DNA of 64,000 nt from Pristiophorus japonicus (Eukaryota): contig NC_091999.1 in assembly GCF_044704955.1 (NCBI RefSeq), positions 23,374,001-23,438,000 on the forward strand. Direction: 5' to 3'. Below the pieces are notes generated by a model. It was not told the DNA's origin. It made no database searches and worked only from the letters and a program-made list of their open reading frames with translations. Numbering within the stretch: the stretch's first letter is position 1; each line of letters starts with the position of its first letter. Made by a program: the position numbers and the translations under genes. Shown here in pieces: positions 11,354 to 24,890 of this stretch.

Positions 11354-11410
11354 TAGGTTGTGGTAAGTGTTCCCTGTGCTGGTTTAAATTGTGCTAATTA
11401 AGAAGGACAT

Positions 11411-12886
11411 TAGAAACATAGAAACATAGAAAATAGGTGCAGGAGTAGGCCATTCGGCCCTTCTAGCCTGCACCGCCATTCAATGAGTTCATGGCTGAAC
11501 ATTCAACTTCAGTACCCCATTCCTGCTTTCTCGCCATACCCCTTGATCCCCCTAGCAGTAAGGACCTCATCTAACTCCTTTTTGAATATATTTAGTGAAT
11601 TGGCCTCAACAACTTTCTGTGGTAGAGAATTCCACAGGTTCACCACTCTCTGGGTGAAGAAGTTCCTCCGCATCTCGGTCCTAAATGGCTTACCCCTTAT
11701 CCTTAGACTGTGACCCCTGGTTCTGGACTTCCCCAACATTGGGAACATTCTTCCTGCATCTAACCTGTCTAACCCCGTCAGAATTTTATATGTTTCTATG
11801 AGGTCCCCTCTCATTCTTCTGAACTCCAGTGATTACAAGCCCAGTTGATCCAGTCTTTCTTGATAGGTCAGTCCCGCCATCCCGGGAATCAGTCTGGTGA
11901 ACCTTCGCTGCACTCCCCCAATAGCAAGAATGTCCTTCCTCAGGTTAGGAGACCAAAACTGTACACAATACTCCAGGTGTGGCCTCACCAATGCCCTGTA
12001 CAACTGTAGCAACACCTCCCTGCCCCTGTACTCAAATCCCCTTGCTATGAAGGCCAACATGCCATTTGCTTTCTTAACCGCCTGCTGCACCTGCATGCCA
12101 ACCTTCAATGACTGATGTACCATGACACCCAGGTCTCTTTGCACCTCCCCTTTTCCTAATCTGTCACCATTCAGATAATAGTCTGTCTCTCTGTTTTTAC
12201 CACCAAAGTGGATAACCTCACATTTATCCACAATATACTTCATCTGCCATGCATTTGCCCACTCACCTAACCTATCCAAGTCGCTCTGCAGCCTCACAGC
12301 ATCCTCCTCGCAGCTCACACTGGCACCCAACTGAGTGTCATCCGCAAATTTGGAGATACTACATTTAATCCCCTCATCTAAATCATTAATGTACAGTGTA
12401 AACAGCTGGGGCCCCAGCACAGAACCTTGCGGTACCCCACTAGTCACTGCCTGCCATTCTGAAAAGTACCCATTTACTCCTACTCTTTGCTTCCTGTCTG
12501 ACAACCAGTTCTCAATCCATGTCAGTACACTACCCCCAATCCCATGTGCTCTAACTTTGCACATCAATCTCTTGTGTGGGACCTTGTCGAACGCCTTCTG
12601 AAAGTCCAAATATACCACAGCAACTGGTTCTCCCTTATCCACTCTACTGGAAACATCCTCAAAAAATTCCAGAAGATTTGTCAAGCATGATTTCCCTTTC
12701 ACAAATCCATGCTGACTTGGACCTATCATGTCACCTCTTTCCAAATGCACTGCTATGACATCCTTAATAATTGATTCCATCATTTTACCCACTACCGATG
12801 TCAGGCTGACCGGTCTATAATTCCCTGTTTTCTCTCTCCCTCCTTTTTTAAAAAGTGGGGTTACATTGGCTACCCTCCACTCCATC
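11411..12886 (-). mobile_element. Young CR1 LINE, 5'-truncated, near-identical to the 180-1660 copy
   Basis: ORFs 11509-11814 and 11833-12888; catagaaa tail. Confidence 0.95.
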
Positions 12887-13109
12887 AAATGCTGTTACCC
12901 AATTAAAGAATTTGGTGCCTTTTACCAGGAGAAGAATTGCATGCAATGCTTCTTTACTTTCTGTTATACCTCCCTGCCAAACAGTTGCTCACTTTACTGA
13001 GTATAGCAGCTTGCAATGGGAAATAGAATTTAAATTTTAAGGTGTTGTTCGTGACATTGTAATAGCGCCCATATCGTACCATCATATCATTATATTGTGG
13101 CTGGTGCAG

Positions 13110-14420
13110 GATCATAGAATCATAGAATGGGTAAAGCATAAATTGACACATTTCGGCCTGTGGAGCCCCCGTCCGCACTCTGCAAGAGCACCTCAGCTAT
13201 TCCCACTCCCCACCTTTTCCTCATAGCCCTGCATTTTTCCCCTTTAGTTAGCTATCCAACATCCTTTTGAAAACTACGATTGAACTTGCCACCACCATCC
13301 TTTCAGGCAGTGCTTTCCAGATCATAACCACTCGCTGCATAAAAAAGTTATTCCTCAAGTCACCTTTGGTTCTTTTGCCAGTCCACTTAAATCTGTGTCC
13401 TCTTGTTCTCGAACCTTCCTCCAATGGGAAGAGTTTCGCCCTGTCTTTTCTGTCCCGAACACTCATGATTTTGAACACCTCTATCAAATGTCCTCTCAAG
13501 GTTCACTGCACCAGAGAACAACTCCAGCTTCTCCAGTCTATGCACGTAAATTTAATCCCTCATCCCTGTAACCATTGTTCTAATTTTTCTGCACTCTCTC
13601 GAAGGCCTTCACATCCTTCCTAAAGTGTGATGCACAGCATTGGATACAACATCCAGTTGAGCACGAACCAGTGTTTTATAGAGGATTATCTTAACTTCCA
13701 TGCTTTGGTACGCTATGCCTCTATTTATGAAGCCCAGGATGGCGATTGTTGTTTTAACTGCTTTCTCAACCTGCCACTCTCAACGATTTGTGAACGTGTA
13801 TCCCAGGTTTCTCTGTTCATGCACCCCCTTTAGGATTGTACCCTTTAATTTATACTGCTTCTCCTCGTTCTTCCTACCAAAATGTTACACTTCACACTTT
13901 TCTGCATTGGATTTCATCTGCCACGGATCCGCCCATTCCAACAGCCTGCGGTGCCCTTTTGAAGTCTATCACTGTCCGCGTCAATGTTCACCATACTTCT
14001 AAGTTTTGTGTCGTCTGTAAATTTTGCAATTGAGACAAGTACACCCAAGTCCAATTCATTAATATATATCAAGAAAAGCAACGTTCCTGATAAAGACTCC
14101 TGGGTAACACTGATATCAGTCAGAAACACATTCCATTCATCACTAATCCCTCTTTCCTGTCATTCAGCTAATTTGGTACCCATGCTGCAACTTTCCCTCT
14201 TACTCTATGGGCTTCTACTTTGCAGGCAAACGTATTAGCTGGCACTTCGACTTTTTGGACGTTCATGTATACCACATCAACCGCATTGCCCTCAACTACT
14301 CTCTCTGTTACCAACGTAAAAAAACTCAATCAAGTTATTTAAACACAATTTACCTTTAACAACTGCATACTGGCGCCCTTTAATTAATCCATACTTGTCC
14401 AAGTGACTGTAAATTTTGTC
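13110..14420 (-). mobile_element. Older CR1 LINE fragment
   Basis: Degenerate RT (KFTDDTKL, RTRGH, FFMQRVV); catagaat tail. Confidence 0.88.
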
Positions 14421-14569
14421 TCTATTTTTCGCAGGATCACAGAGACTGCTGCCATGATCCACCACTCGCAATAGTCCTGAGAGTTATGGATCAAGGATAT
14501 TCAGAGCGGTCTCTACAGGATAACAACTGGTTGTCACATAGTCGCATAATCCTGACTCTAAGAAGGAAA

Positions 14570-14680
14570 GAAAGAAAGTACTGGATTTATATAGCACCTT
14601 TTACAACGAGTGGATGTCTCAAAGCGCTTTACAGCCAGTGAAATACTTTTTGAAAGTGTAGTCACTGTTGTAATGCAGTG
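14570..14680 (-). mobile_element. SINE 3' fragment (same family as 42965-43410)
   Basis: atttatatagcacctt...aaagcgctttacagccagtgaaatactttttgaaagtgtagtcactgttgtaatg is the reverse complement of the SINE tail at ~43300-43400. Confidence 0.6.
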
Positions 14681-14829
14681 AGCCGATGGTGATTCATGAG
14701 AGCACGATAGAATGGAAAAGTATCTGTTAGCATTGGTTTGATAATACTACTCTGAGGAAACAAACCGCCGGCAGTACTGAAAAAGGGCCCTCTGATTAAA
14801 ATATAATCTTAATTACACGCAAATCAGTT

Positions 14830-14920
14830 GTACGATTTCTCACACATGGATGTCAAGATGTACGATATCGCGCATGTGGATGTCGAGATATTCAATTTCT
14901 CAGACTTGGATGTCGAGATG
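14830..14920. repeat. 30-bp tandem repeat x3
   Basis: gtacgatttctcacacatggatgtcaagat and variants. Confidence 0.75.
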
Positions 14921-16319
14921 GGCCATGTTATTGGGGCTGATGGAGCTGGACAAAGCTGGTTCAGAACTGACAGGACAGGATGGCCCACTGGGTGTGATGT
15001 AATGCAGAATTAACACGAAAATACATTTTTATAATTTGATTAATTTTATAATGAGATTCATTGGATATTTCAGCGCATCCATTAACTCCTCTCTGAATTT
15101 ACTCTGGATCACTGAATAAATACACGTGTTTGTGCAGGAACTCAAAAGCTGAAGACTATTTCCGGTTTCTTGGAGAATACATTTTGGGTCTTTGAAATTG
15201 GAACCTGAGAAATAATTATTCTTTGTAATTCGGACATACAAGAAATTTACAACGTACACTGTCCATAATAGGATGAAACTGCCCGAGATGGTAAAGTGTA
15301 AAACGATTAATTTTCTCCGGCTCTCCAACTCTGGGTCGCTTTGATTCTCTCCATTGCTGTGGGCCCGGAGCCTTCTGCGGGCTCTGCTCGTCGCTAGAAT
15401 ATGTCTGACGGTCAGAGCATTGAGCAGCAATATCAGGAGAAAGTCATGGCGTTAAAATTCTGTCAAGCCATTCATATACTATCCATAGAGGAGAACGATA
15501 AAATATTACTTTGATGTTACATAACCATGGGACATTGTCAGTTATGAACATAGGTTCATAAGTGAGATAAGAAGTGATGTTTTTTTAAACAGCCAGGGCA
15601 CCGACCATGACTATAATCAGAGCTGCACTTTTCTCAGTGCAATATTTTGTTTTCAGTTTCTGGCATCATATCGCCACAAATCGATCGAAGGTGAAAGCGA
15701 CTGTTAACCAGATGGAACTATCCGTGGCTACATAAATTAGGATAGATGTTATAGTACAGCCTGGAGTAGTGGACAGCAGACTAAATTGAAAATAAATTCC
15801 AATGATCCGGTTTAATATCACAGCGGTGATAATGACCAGGAGATCTGCCACTGCCATGGACAGCAGGTACTAAGTGATACATCTGGCAAGACCGCACTTT
15901 CCTCGGGACAGGATCACAATTATCACCAAGTTAGCTGCAGGAAATAGACAGAAAAGAAAACAGTAACATTAAGTATCACTCCTCCTTGATGTTTATTTAT
16001 TTTGATCATATTTCAGCCTCGCGATGGGAATGATTCAGTGACCTGTCGGCAGAGATTGATCTGTTAAGATTTGAATAATGTTTGAGGAAGGGAAGCAGGA
16101 ACAGCGAAAGTGAAGGAGCGTGGGCGGACTAAAGCAATGAATGAGGAGCAGGACAGTGAGAACAGGCCAAGGAGTTTTAGGTGCAACTTCGTGACTACAA
16201 CCGTTTATCGTTCACTGATTGCCATCCATTTAATGACTCAGAATATCCCTTCAATAATTGCATGGCTAAAATCACACGTCAATCATGCAATCACTCAATC
16301 TGTTCAGAAATTCGATCAT

Positions 16320-17180
16320 ATAGACTCATAGATTCATAGAAGCTTACAGCACGGAAGGAGGCCCTCGACCAACAAGAAGCTTTTCAGCTTAATCACACGT
16401 TCCAGCTCTAGGTCTGTAATCCTGCAGGTTACGGCACCTATGGTGCATATCCAAGTACTTTTTAAATGTGGTGAGGTGTTCTGCCTCTACCATCCTTTCA
16501 GGCAGTGAGTTCCAGAACACTCTGCATGAAGAAATTCCCCTCAAATCCCCTTTAAAACTTTTAATTATTTTAAATTGATGTATCCTGGTTGTTGATCCCT
16601 CTGCTAATGGCAATAGACCCTTTCTATCCACTATATCTAGGCCCGTCATAACTTTATACACATCAATGAAGTTTCCCCTCTGTTCCAAGAAAAACAAATC
16701 CAGCCTATCCAATCTGTCCTCGTGGCTAATATTCCCCACTACCGGCAACATGCTCGTAAATCTGCAGTTCAATCATCTCCTTCCTGCAATGCGGTGACCA
16801 GAACTGCACACAATACTTCAGCTGTGGCCTAGCAAGTGTTTTATACAGTTGACGCATAAGCCCCCCCTGCTCTTGAATTTTATGCCGCGGCTAATAAATG
16901 CAAGCTTTAATTATGCCTTATTAATCACCTTATCTACTTGTACTGCTAACTTCAGGGATCTGTGGACATGCACTCCAACGTCTCTTTGTCCCTCGACACT
17001 TCTCAGTGAACCATTTAATGTGTATTCCCTTTCCTTGTCAACCTTCCCCAAATGCATTACCTCACAAACCTCTGGATTAAATTCAATTTGCCACCGTTCT
17101 GCCCACCTGACCCGTTGATAGACATTTTCCTGCTGTCTGCACCTTTATTCTTCATTATCAACCACACAGTTGATTTTAGT
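16320..17180 (-). mobile_element. CR1 LINE 3' fragment inside the GPCR intron
   Basis: ORF 16389-16772 is RT C-terminal; catagatt tail. Confidence 0.85.
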
Positions 17181-17604
17181 ATCGTTTCAACGCAATAGCC
17201 AGAAAGAGATGCATTTTAAATACCCTTTACACGCATCATTTCTGGACATTTGTCCGTCGACAGCATTTGTGAACCTGTGTTTGATCACCAGAATTAACTG
17301 TACTGATAAAAAGTGGCGGGAAATACATATCAAGATACACATTATTGACCGATCATTGTCGCATTGGTTCACTTCAGATTTTTTCATCAGTCACACGATT
17401 CTTACTTTTTAAAAATAACGACTTTTGGACTTGAACAGAGATTATTAGCTGAAGGCAGTGCGAATATAGATCTGGGACAGAAAGTCACGCTGATGCAGAA
17501 TAATGTTGTAATAAATTTTGCTTTGGACACCCGGGGAACTTTACAATTCCAATAAAATGTCACACTGAACAGGGATACAGAAGACACATACTCTGACTCA
17601 GGGA

Positions 17605-17700
17605 GATTTGAAATGAGACCAGAAAACCTGGAAGGTCAAGCAACATCTGTGGAGAGAGAAAATGAGTTAATGTATCAGATCAGTGATCTTTCATCAGAAC
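17605..17700 (-). mobile_element. Penelope-like terminal-repeat fragment
   Basis: Minus strand ctgatgaaagatcactgatctgatacattaactc...tctctccacagatgttgc; homologous to 56790-56880 and 59045-59175. Confidence 0.55.
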
Positions 17701-18247
17701 ACAATGAACAAAGCGGCTGTGAAGCAAAATCTCGAAACACAAAATGCCAAATCGGGTAAAGATGCAGATCATCAGCAGAAACCGTGATATCCTTAACAAC
17801 CAATGACTTGCTGTAATACCTTACCTGGAACACCGACAGCAGCGAGAAGCAGATAGTAAATGGCAAGTATTGGACTGTTTCCAGGGGCGTGCATTCTCTG
17901 TGAGAAACGAATTGCTGGAGACAATAGCTCCAATATGAGTTGTGGCTCATTCTAATGATCCCTTAGTTATACCGAATGTTAATCCCTAGTGAGCCAATCA
18001 GATTATGCAATTTTATTGTGAGCTACGGTCATTGAAACAAACAAGTTAAGGCAGCCATTTTCGAGTTCACCTTTTCTACATTACAATAACTTCCAATGAA
18101 TATTGCACCATGTGGCAGGGGAAAAAAGACTTCCGTATCTTTCTAAGGAAAATATAATGTAAATCTCCATCTGGACATTCGAAGATGGCATAAAACCATA
18201 CACAGCATAGAGGTCCGAGTTCAATTCCTGGTGTTTTCTTTTGAACT

Positions 18248-18555
18248 ATGGGGCACAGTCTCAGGATAAGGGGAAGCCCATTTAGGATCGAGATGAGGAG
18301 GAATTTCTTCACTCAGAGGGTTGTGAATCTTTTGAATTCTCGGCCTCATCGGGCTGTGGATCCCGAATCTCTGAATATATTCAAGACTGAGGTAGATAGA
18401 TTTTTGGAGTCTATGGGGAATCTGGGGATATGAAGATTGTGCAGGAAAGTGGAGTTGAGTTCGATGATCAATCATGAATTTATTGAATGGCAGAGCAGGC
18501 TCGAGAGGCATAGGACCTACTCCTGCTCCTATTTCTAATGGTTTGTTATGTTCCT
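18248..18555 (+). mobile_element. CR1 3' end
   Basis: GHSLRIRGSPFRIEMRRNFFTQRVVNL plus CR1 3' UTR. Confidence 0.88.
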
Positions 18556-18959
18556 TAATCAGACCCAAATTATCTCAATGGGAGAAAGCAGTTGTGCGAT
18601 CTAATGATAACTTTTGTCTCCCATCCTGCAATAAAGCAGTCATAGTGTAGTAGGTGGTGCTATCTTTGGACAGAGCACCCCTTGTTCTGCAGCAAACCGT
18701 CATACGGCAGAAGGGCTGCTACAATTATAAAGCACATCCCTCATCATCCGATAAATCAATAATCGGGATGGTACAACTAGACAGACAAATAAGATGTAAA
18801 CAGAAACGTGTTTTATCAATTAAAACATGCAATACTCAAATAAACAGGGTTGAATACAGGAAACAGCTAAAGAAAATGATGGCTGCTATCACAACATCAA
18901 ACACTAATGGACTAATGGTTTGTAGACAACTGTGGCAGTAATGGGATCAGGATTTTTCT

Positions 18960-20865
18960 TTACGTGGTGAATCAGAGACTTATCAAAGATTGAATTGGGC
19001 CACTGAAGGGTGTTCAAGGGCAGGTTTCAAAGGAATCACTAAGAATGGTGGAAATATTACATTTGTACTTTGCATCAGTCTTCACCCTTGAAAATGATTC
19101 TCGAATATTAGAATTTAATTCTACTAGTTTTGTTAGCAGCATTACCAAAGATAAAAACGTTAGGGTAAAAATAATTAAGAACTTGAAAATAGATAGAGCA
19201 GCCGCGCTGGATGATATCCACCTGATGGTCCTCTGGGAGATAGGACATGAGCTGTGAGAGCTGCTGGCCTGTATTTATAATAGCTCACTGCTCTCTTGAA
19301 TGGTTCCTACAGATTGGATGGAGACCAATGCAGACCCCATTTTTGAAATAGGTGACAAGACAGACTCGGGCAACTATAGGCCCATCAGTTTAACATCAGT
19401 AATATGTAAGATGCTTGAAGCAAACATAAGGGATTTAAGAATACTTGGATCGGGAGGCACATTTTAGGCATACCAATATGACTTCATAAAAAAGAGGTAG
19501 TATCTCACAAATCTAATTGTATTTTTTGAAACAGTTACGAAGTTTGTGGATCAGGGAAGCCCAGTAGACATTGTCCACTCAGATTTCCCAAAACATTTTG
19601 AAAAATACCGCACAAAAGGCTTTTGTATAAGATCGGAGCCTCTGGCATACGTTGAAATATATTGAGTTGGATTCAGAACTGGCTGGCAGGAAACAGTCAA
19701 AAAGTAATAATTGATGGATTTGAATCTGATTGTAGACTAGTCACCCGTGGTGTCCCGCAGGGGTCAGTGTTGGGTATATTGTGTTTTACTCTTTTTAATA
19801 ATGATCTAGATTTTGGGATTGCGCGCAAAACTTTTAAATTTGCAGATGATACCAAGATCTGAGTGAGATTTTGAATTATAGCAGATGCTCGACTGCTTCA
19901 GGCAGATCTTAATGTGCTGGTAGATTATGCTCAAGGCTGGAAAATTATGTACAACTTAGATAAGTGCATATTTATGCATGTAGTTAGGGCAAATGTTCAC
20001 ATTCTTACACCCTCCAGGGAAAGGTATTAAAGTTGGCGCAGATAGAAATGGAATTGCGCATTCTAGTACATACACCCTTAAAGTTACATGAGCAATGCCG
20101 TGCAGTGATAGTTACAGCAAATAAGGCATCGGGGTGTATCCAAATGACTTTTGATTATAATAGGACGTATACTGTTATGTCCTTGAACAAGGCCTTAATC
20201 AGACTGAGCTTTGAATACTGTGTCCAGTTTTGTCCTCCTCACATGATAGGTGATATTGACACTCTGAAAAGGAGAACAAGAGGGTCACGAGGCTATTTCC
20301 AAGTATAAAGCATTTTAATTACCAATATAGGTTGAATGTGTTGGTACTCAATTCCTTAGATCAGCGTAGACTTAGGGGGGATCTGATTGAGGTTTATATA
20401 ATAATGAAGGAAATAGAAGGTTTTCCAACCGATATTTAATTTCAATTAAATAGGTTAGGTTGGACCAGGTATCACACATTTAAGTTGTATAGGACTAGAT
20501 CTAGGTTAGATGTCAGGAGGTGGATCTTTTCCCAGAAGATAGTAGACCACTGTACAATCTGTCGTTTCATGTAATGAATGCAGACTCACTGAATTCCTCA
20601 AGTGAAAGCAGGATTTGTTTCTGGCTGCGGTAGAGATCACATGTTATAGAAGGGAGGTACTGCAGGGAATTCAAGGCCAGAGTAATCACCTGGACTAGTT
20701 TCGATCATCTAGATGGATCAGAGAAGAATTTGCCAAATTTCTTCCCCCAAATTGGCCTGGGTTTTTAATCAGTCTTTTGCTACTTCCAGGAGATCACATG
20801 GTTTCGGGCGGCGTGGGACAGGCTCAATGGACCAGATGGTCTTAACCTTTCCATCATTGCATGTA
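18960..20865 (+). mobile_element. Old, heavily mutated CR1 LINE
   Basis: YFASVFT, NYRPISLTS, GVPQGSVLG, KFADDTK remnants with many stops. Confidence 0.88.
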
Positions 20866-21094
20866 TGCTCGTATCTTTGTTTGTAGAGTGTCCGTTCTCT
20901 TGCAGAAAATCTGTCATATGGCAGTGGGCGTTGCTAAATGTATACAGAGCGTCGTTTGTCTTGCGGCAAATCAGTCAGAGGGAGGCAGGGGGCGCAACAA
21001 TTATTAAAGAACATACTATTCCATGCGTTAAAAAATTAAGAAAGCAGTAGGGGGCGCTACAATTATAAACGAATAAAGATATTGAAAAAGAGAT

Positions 21095-21520
21095 NNNNNN
21101 NNNNNNNNNNNNNNNNNNNNNNNNNNNNNNNNNNNNNNNNNNNNNNNNNNNNNNNNNNNNNNNNNNNNNNNNNNNNNNNNNNNNNNNNNNNNNNNNNNNN
21201 NNNNNNNNNNNNNNNNNNNNNNNNNNNNNNNNNNNNNNNNNNNNNNNNNNNNNNNNNNNGAGAGAGGGATAATCTGCCAGCTAGGCAGATAGAAAGATAG
21301 ACAGACAGCCAAATAGATTGATAGTTGCATAGATCGACTGATACATACATAGATAGATAGACAGACATACCGACAGACAGACTGATAGACAGACTGACAG
21401 ACTTACTAACAGATAGATAGTTAGACAGATAGACAAAGAGGGCTAGAAGAATCTATAGATATATCGACAGACTGAAAGATAGATATTGATAGGGCACACA
21501 GATAGCTCGGTAGATAGGTA
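21095..21520. repeat. N-run followed by (GATA/GACA)n microsatellite
   Basis: N at 21095-21259 then gatagaca repeats. Other N-runs at 22400-22770, 41817-41962, 46321-46513, 47286-47654, 50849-51137 and 56514-56732 mostly abut simple repeats, so they may be masked repeats rather than true gaps. Confidence 0.7.
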
Positions 21521-21989
21521 AATATCATGTTGAAAGCAACATATTAATGAAAGGAATGTCCTTGAAGAGAAAATGAGCGCTGTTTGCAGTTCGAGTTGTG
21601 TGTGTGGAAAAGTTACAATTTCAAAATCAAGTTATGGAAATCTCATTTTGTACAGACATATAATGCACTGCATGGTGGGACTGGTGACCAGAGTCTGCAA
21701 TAACATAATGCAGGAGAGGGGCGAGGGTCAGGAGATGGAAACAGCAGGGTGTATTGACACTTGATAAATGTACATTTGGCACACTGTAATTAAAGAATGT
21801 AAACAACTTGCTCATCCAGTCTGAATCAGACCGACCTTCATCTCCTTTCCTTGTTGCTGGATGTGATGCTATGTCTCAGGATCAAGTGGACACTATCTCA
21901 ACAGTCCTTAAAACCGTGGATGTACATTACGAGTCACATCAGAAATTATATTCAAATGAAAATCAGTGAGGTACAATGCAGGGATACAT

Positions 21990-22399
21990 AATAACATAAA
22001 AAATCGGAGCAGCAAGAGGCCATTTGGCCCTGCGAGCCTCTCCGCCCTTCAGTAAGGTAATGGCTGATCTTGTACCTCAACTGCACTTTCCAGCACTATC
22101 AAGAATCCCTTGATTCACTTATTATCCGACAATCTATCGACATGTGCATTGAATATACTGAACGAGTATGCCTCCACTGCCCTCTTGAGCAGAGAATTCC
22201 AAAGAATCACCCCCCTCTGTGAAGACATTTCTTTTCATCTAAGTCCTGGTTTATCCTGAGATAGTGAAAGCCTAGTTCTAGACTCTCCTGCCAGATCTTC
22301 CCTGCGTCTACTCTGTAAAGCCCTGGATGAATGTTGTAGTTTTTATATGACATTTTATTCTTCGTAACTCTAGAGGATATAGGAGTAGTCTACTCAATC
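21990..22399 (-). mobile_element. Degenerate CR1 3' end
   Basis: Recognisable CR1 3' UTR and RT C-terminal remnants. Confidence 0.75.
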
Positions 22400-22770
22400 N
22401 NNNNNNNNNNNNNNNNNNNNNNNNNNNNNNNNNNNNNNNNNNNNNNNNNNNNNNNNNNNNNNNNNNNNNNNNNNNNNNNNNNNNNNNNNNNNNNNNNNNN
22501 NNNNNNNNNNNNNNNNNNNNNNNNNNNNNNNNNNNNNNNNNNNNNNNNNNNNNNNNNNNNNNNNNNNNNNNNNNNNNNNNNNNNNNNNNNNNNNNNNNNN
22601 NNNNNNNNNNNNNNNNNNNNNNNNNNNNNNNNNNNNNNNNNNNNNNNNNNNNNNNNNNNNNNNNNNNNNNNNNNNNNNNNNNNNNNNNNNNNNNNNNNNN
22701 NNNNNNNNNNNNNNNNNNNNNNNNNNNNNNNNNNNNNNNNNNNNNNNNNNNNNNNNNNNNNNNNNNNNNN

Positions 22771-23490
22771 GCAAGCAGGGACTAAGAGGCACCCGTCACC
22801 GTGCAGATATTACCATGAGGGTTTCAGACTGAGACACCAGTCGATGTACTGATATGTCCCTGAGGAAGGAAGTCATATGGATACCAATCAATGTCGAGAT
22901 CTCCCCCTGAAGGAGAGGGAGTGAGAGAAATCAGTCAATGTACAGATATCTCCCTGTGGAGTGGAACTGAGGGACATCAGTCAATATTCTGATATCTCCA
23001 TGAAGGAGAGGGACAGAGATAAACCGTCCATTGTACAGATAGCTCCTCAGGACATCAGACAGAGAGACACCCGTCAGTGTCCAGATATCTCTTGAGTATG
23101 CAGGTATAGCCATGAGGGATAGGGGAATGAGGACAACAGTCGATATATTGATACCTCCATGCTTGACAGGGATGGAGAGACAGGAGCCAGTGCATAGCTA
23201 TCTCACTCAGAGAGAGGAGACTGAGACGCCAGGCACTGCACAGATATCTCTTGTGCGAGCAGGGACTGAGGGACACCAGCCAGTCTATAGAAATCTCCCT
23301 GAGTTGGGAAGGGACTGAGAGATACCAGCAGTGTACAAACATTTCTTGAGTGAAAGAGACTGGGAGACACCAGTCAATGTAAATATGTTTTCCTGCGAGA
23401 GAGGTGGGGGTCATCGAGACATCTGTAAATATACAGTTAACATCGGGAGGGAGAGGGACTTAGATATTAGTCAGTGCACAGATATCTCGC
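22771..23490. repeat. ~47-52-bp degenerate satellite
   Basis: Unit like gagagggactgagagacaccagtcaatgtacagatatctccct. Confidence 0.85.
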
Positions 23491-23649
23491 TTTCTCACGT
23501 ATAGGATGACATTATTTTCAGTATTTCAATAACTTTAATCATATCCGTCCATTTACAGGATGCAATTTCCTCCTTGATGTGTGAAATTATGCATGCTGGA
23601 ACCTCAGGGATCTCTTGTATCTACTGGTTTCCAAAGATTTCAGAGAGGA

Positions 23650-24890
23650 ACATCATAGAATCACAAAAGTCTACAGCACGGAAGGAGGCCATTTTCTCCC
23701 ATCGTGACTATGCCGGTCAATCAGAGGCAAACCAGCCAAATCCCACTTCCCATCCTTGGTCCGTAACCCTGCAGGTTACGATACTTCAACTGCACATTCA
23801 AGTACTTTGTAAATGTGGTGAGGGTTACGCCCTATACCACACTTTCAGCCAGTGAGTTCCAGACCTCGGAAACGCTCTGCATTAAGAAATTCCCCTCAAC
23901 TGCCCTCTAAACCTTCTACCAATTACTTTAAATTTATGCCCGGTGTAAGTCGACCCCTCTGCTATGGGAAATAGACCCTTTCTATCTATTCTATCTTGGC
24001 CCCTCATAATTGAATACACCTCAATCAGTTCTCCGCTCAGCCTCGTCTGTTCCTAGGAAAACAAATTTAGCCAATCCAATCTGTACTCACAGCTAATATT
24101 CTCCACTGCTACCAATATCCTCCTAAATCGCCTCTATACCCTCTCGAGTGCAATCACGTCCTTCCTGTAATGTGGTGACCAGAACTGCACTCACTACTAC
24201 AGCTGTGGCCTAACCAGTATTTTATACAGTTCAAACATAAACCACCTTTCTTGTATGCTTTGCTTTGCCAAATAAAGGCAAGCATTCCGTAACCTTCTTA
24301 ACCAGCTTATCTACCTGGTCTATTACCTTCAGGGATCTGTGGACATGCACTTTGGACATCCAAAGTCTCTTTGTTCGTCTACACTTCTCAGTTTCCAACT
24401 ATTTAAAGTGTATTTCCGTTCCTTGATAGCCATCCTCAAATGCATTACCTCACAGTTCTCTGGATTCAATACAAATTTGCACTATTCTGCCCCCCTGACC
24501 AGTTGATTGATATCTTCCTGCATTACGCAACTTCCCTCTTCATTACCAACCATATAGCCAGTTTTAGTATCATCTGCAAACTTCTCAATCATACCCCCAT
24601 ATTCAAGTCTAGATCATTGATGTATATCACAAAAAGTTGAGATCTAGTACTGAGCCCTGTGGAACCCCACTGGAAAGATCCTTCCAGCCACAAAAACACC
24701 CATCAACCGTTACCCATTGCTTCCTGCCTCTGAGCCAATTTTTGGTCCAACTTGCCACTTTGCCCTGTATCGCAAGAGTTTTTACTTTTGTCATCAGTTT
24801 GCCATGTGAGACCTTATCAAAAGCCTAGCGAAAATCCATATTCACTACTTCATATGTTTGGCTCTCATCGACCCACCTGGTTAATTTCTC
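23650..24890 (-). mobile_element. Older CR1 LINE fragment
   Basis: catagaat tail; reverse strand carries GVPQGSVL and FADDTKL remnants. Confidence 0.88.

Larger units (their letters stand above)
15029..17894 (-). pseudogene. GPR139/GPR142-like class A GPCR pseudogene, two exons (17894-17825; 15934-15029)
   Basis: Exon 1 MHAPGNSPILAIYYLLLAAVGVP|gtaagg splices in phase 1 to exon 2 ANLVIIVILSRGKCGLARCIT*YLLSMAVADLL...TVAFTFDRFVAI*CQKLKTKYCT...LLNALTVRHIL...SSCTNTCIY. Stops at ~15870 and ~15666 plus frameshifts. Confidence 0.9.
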
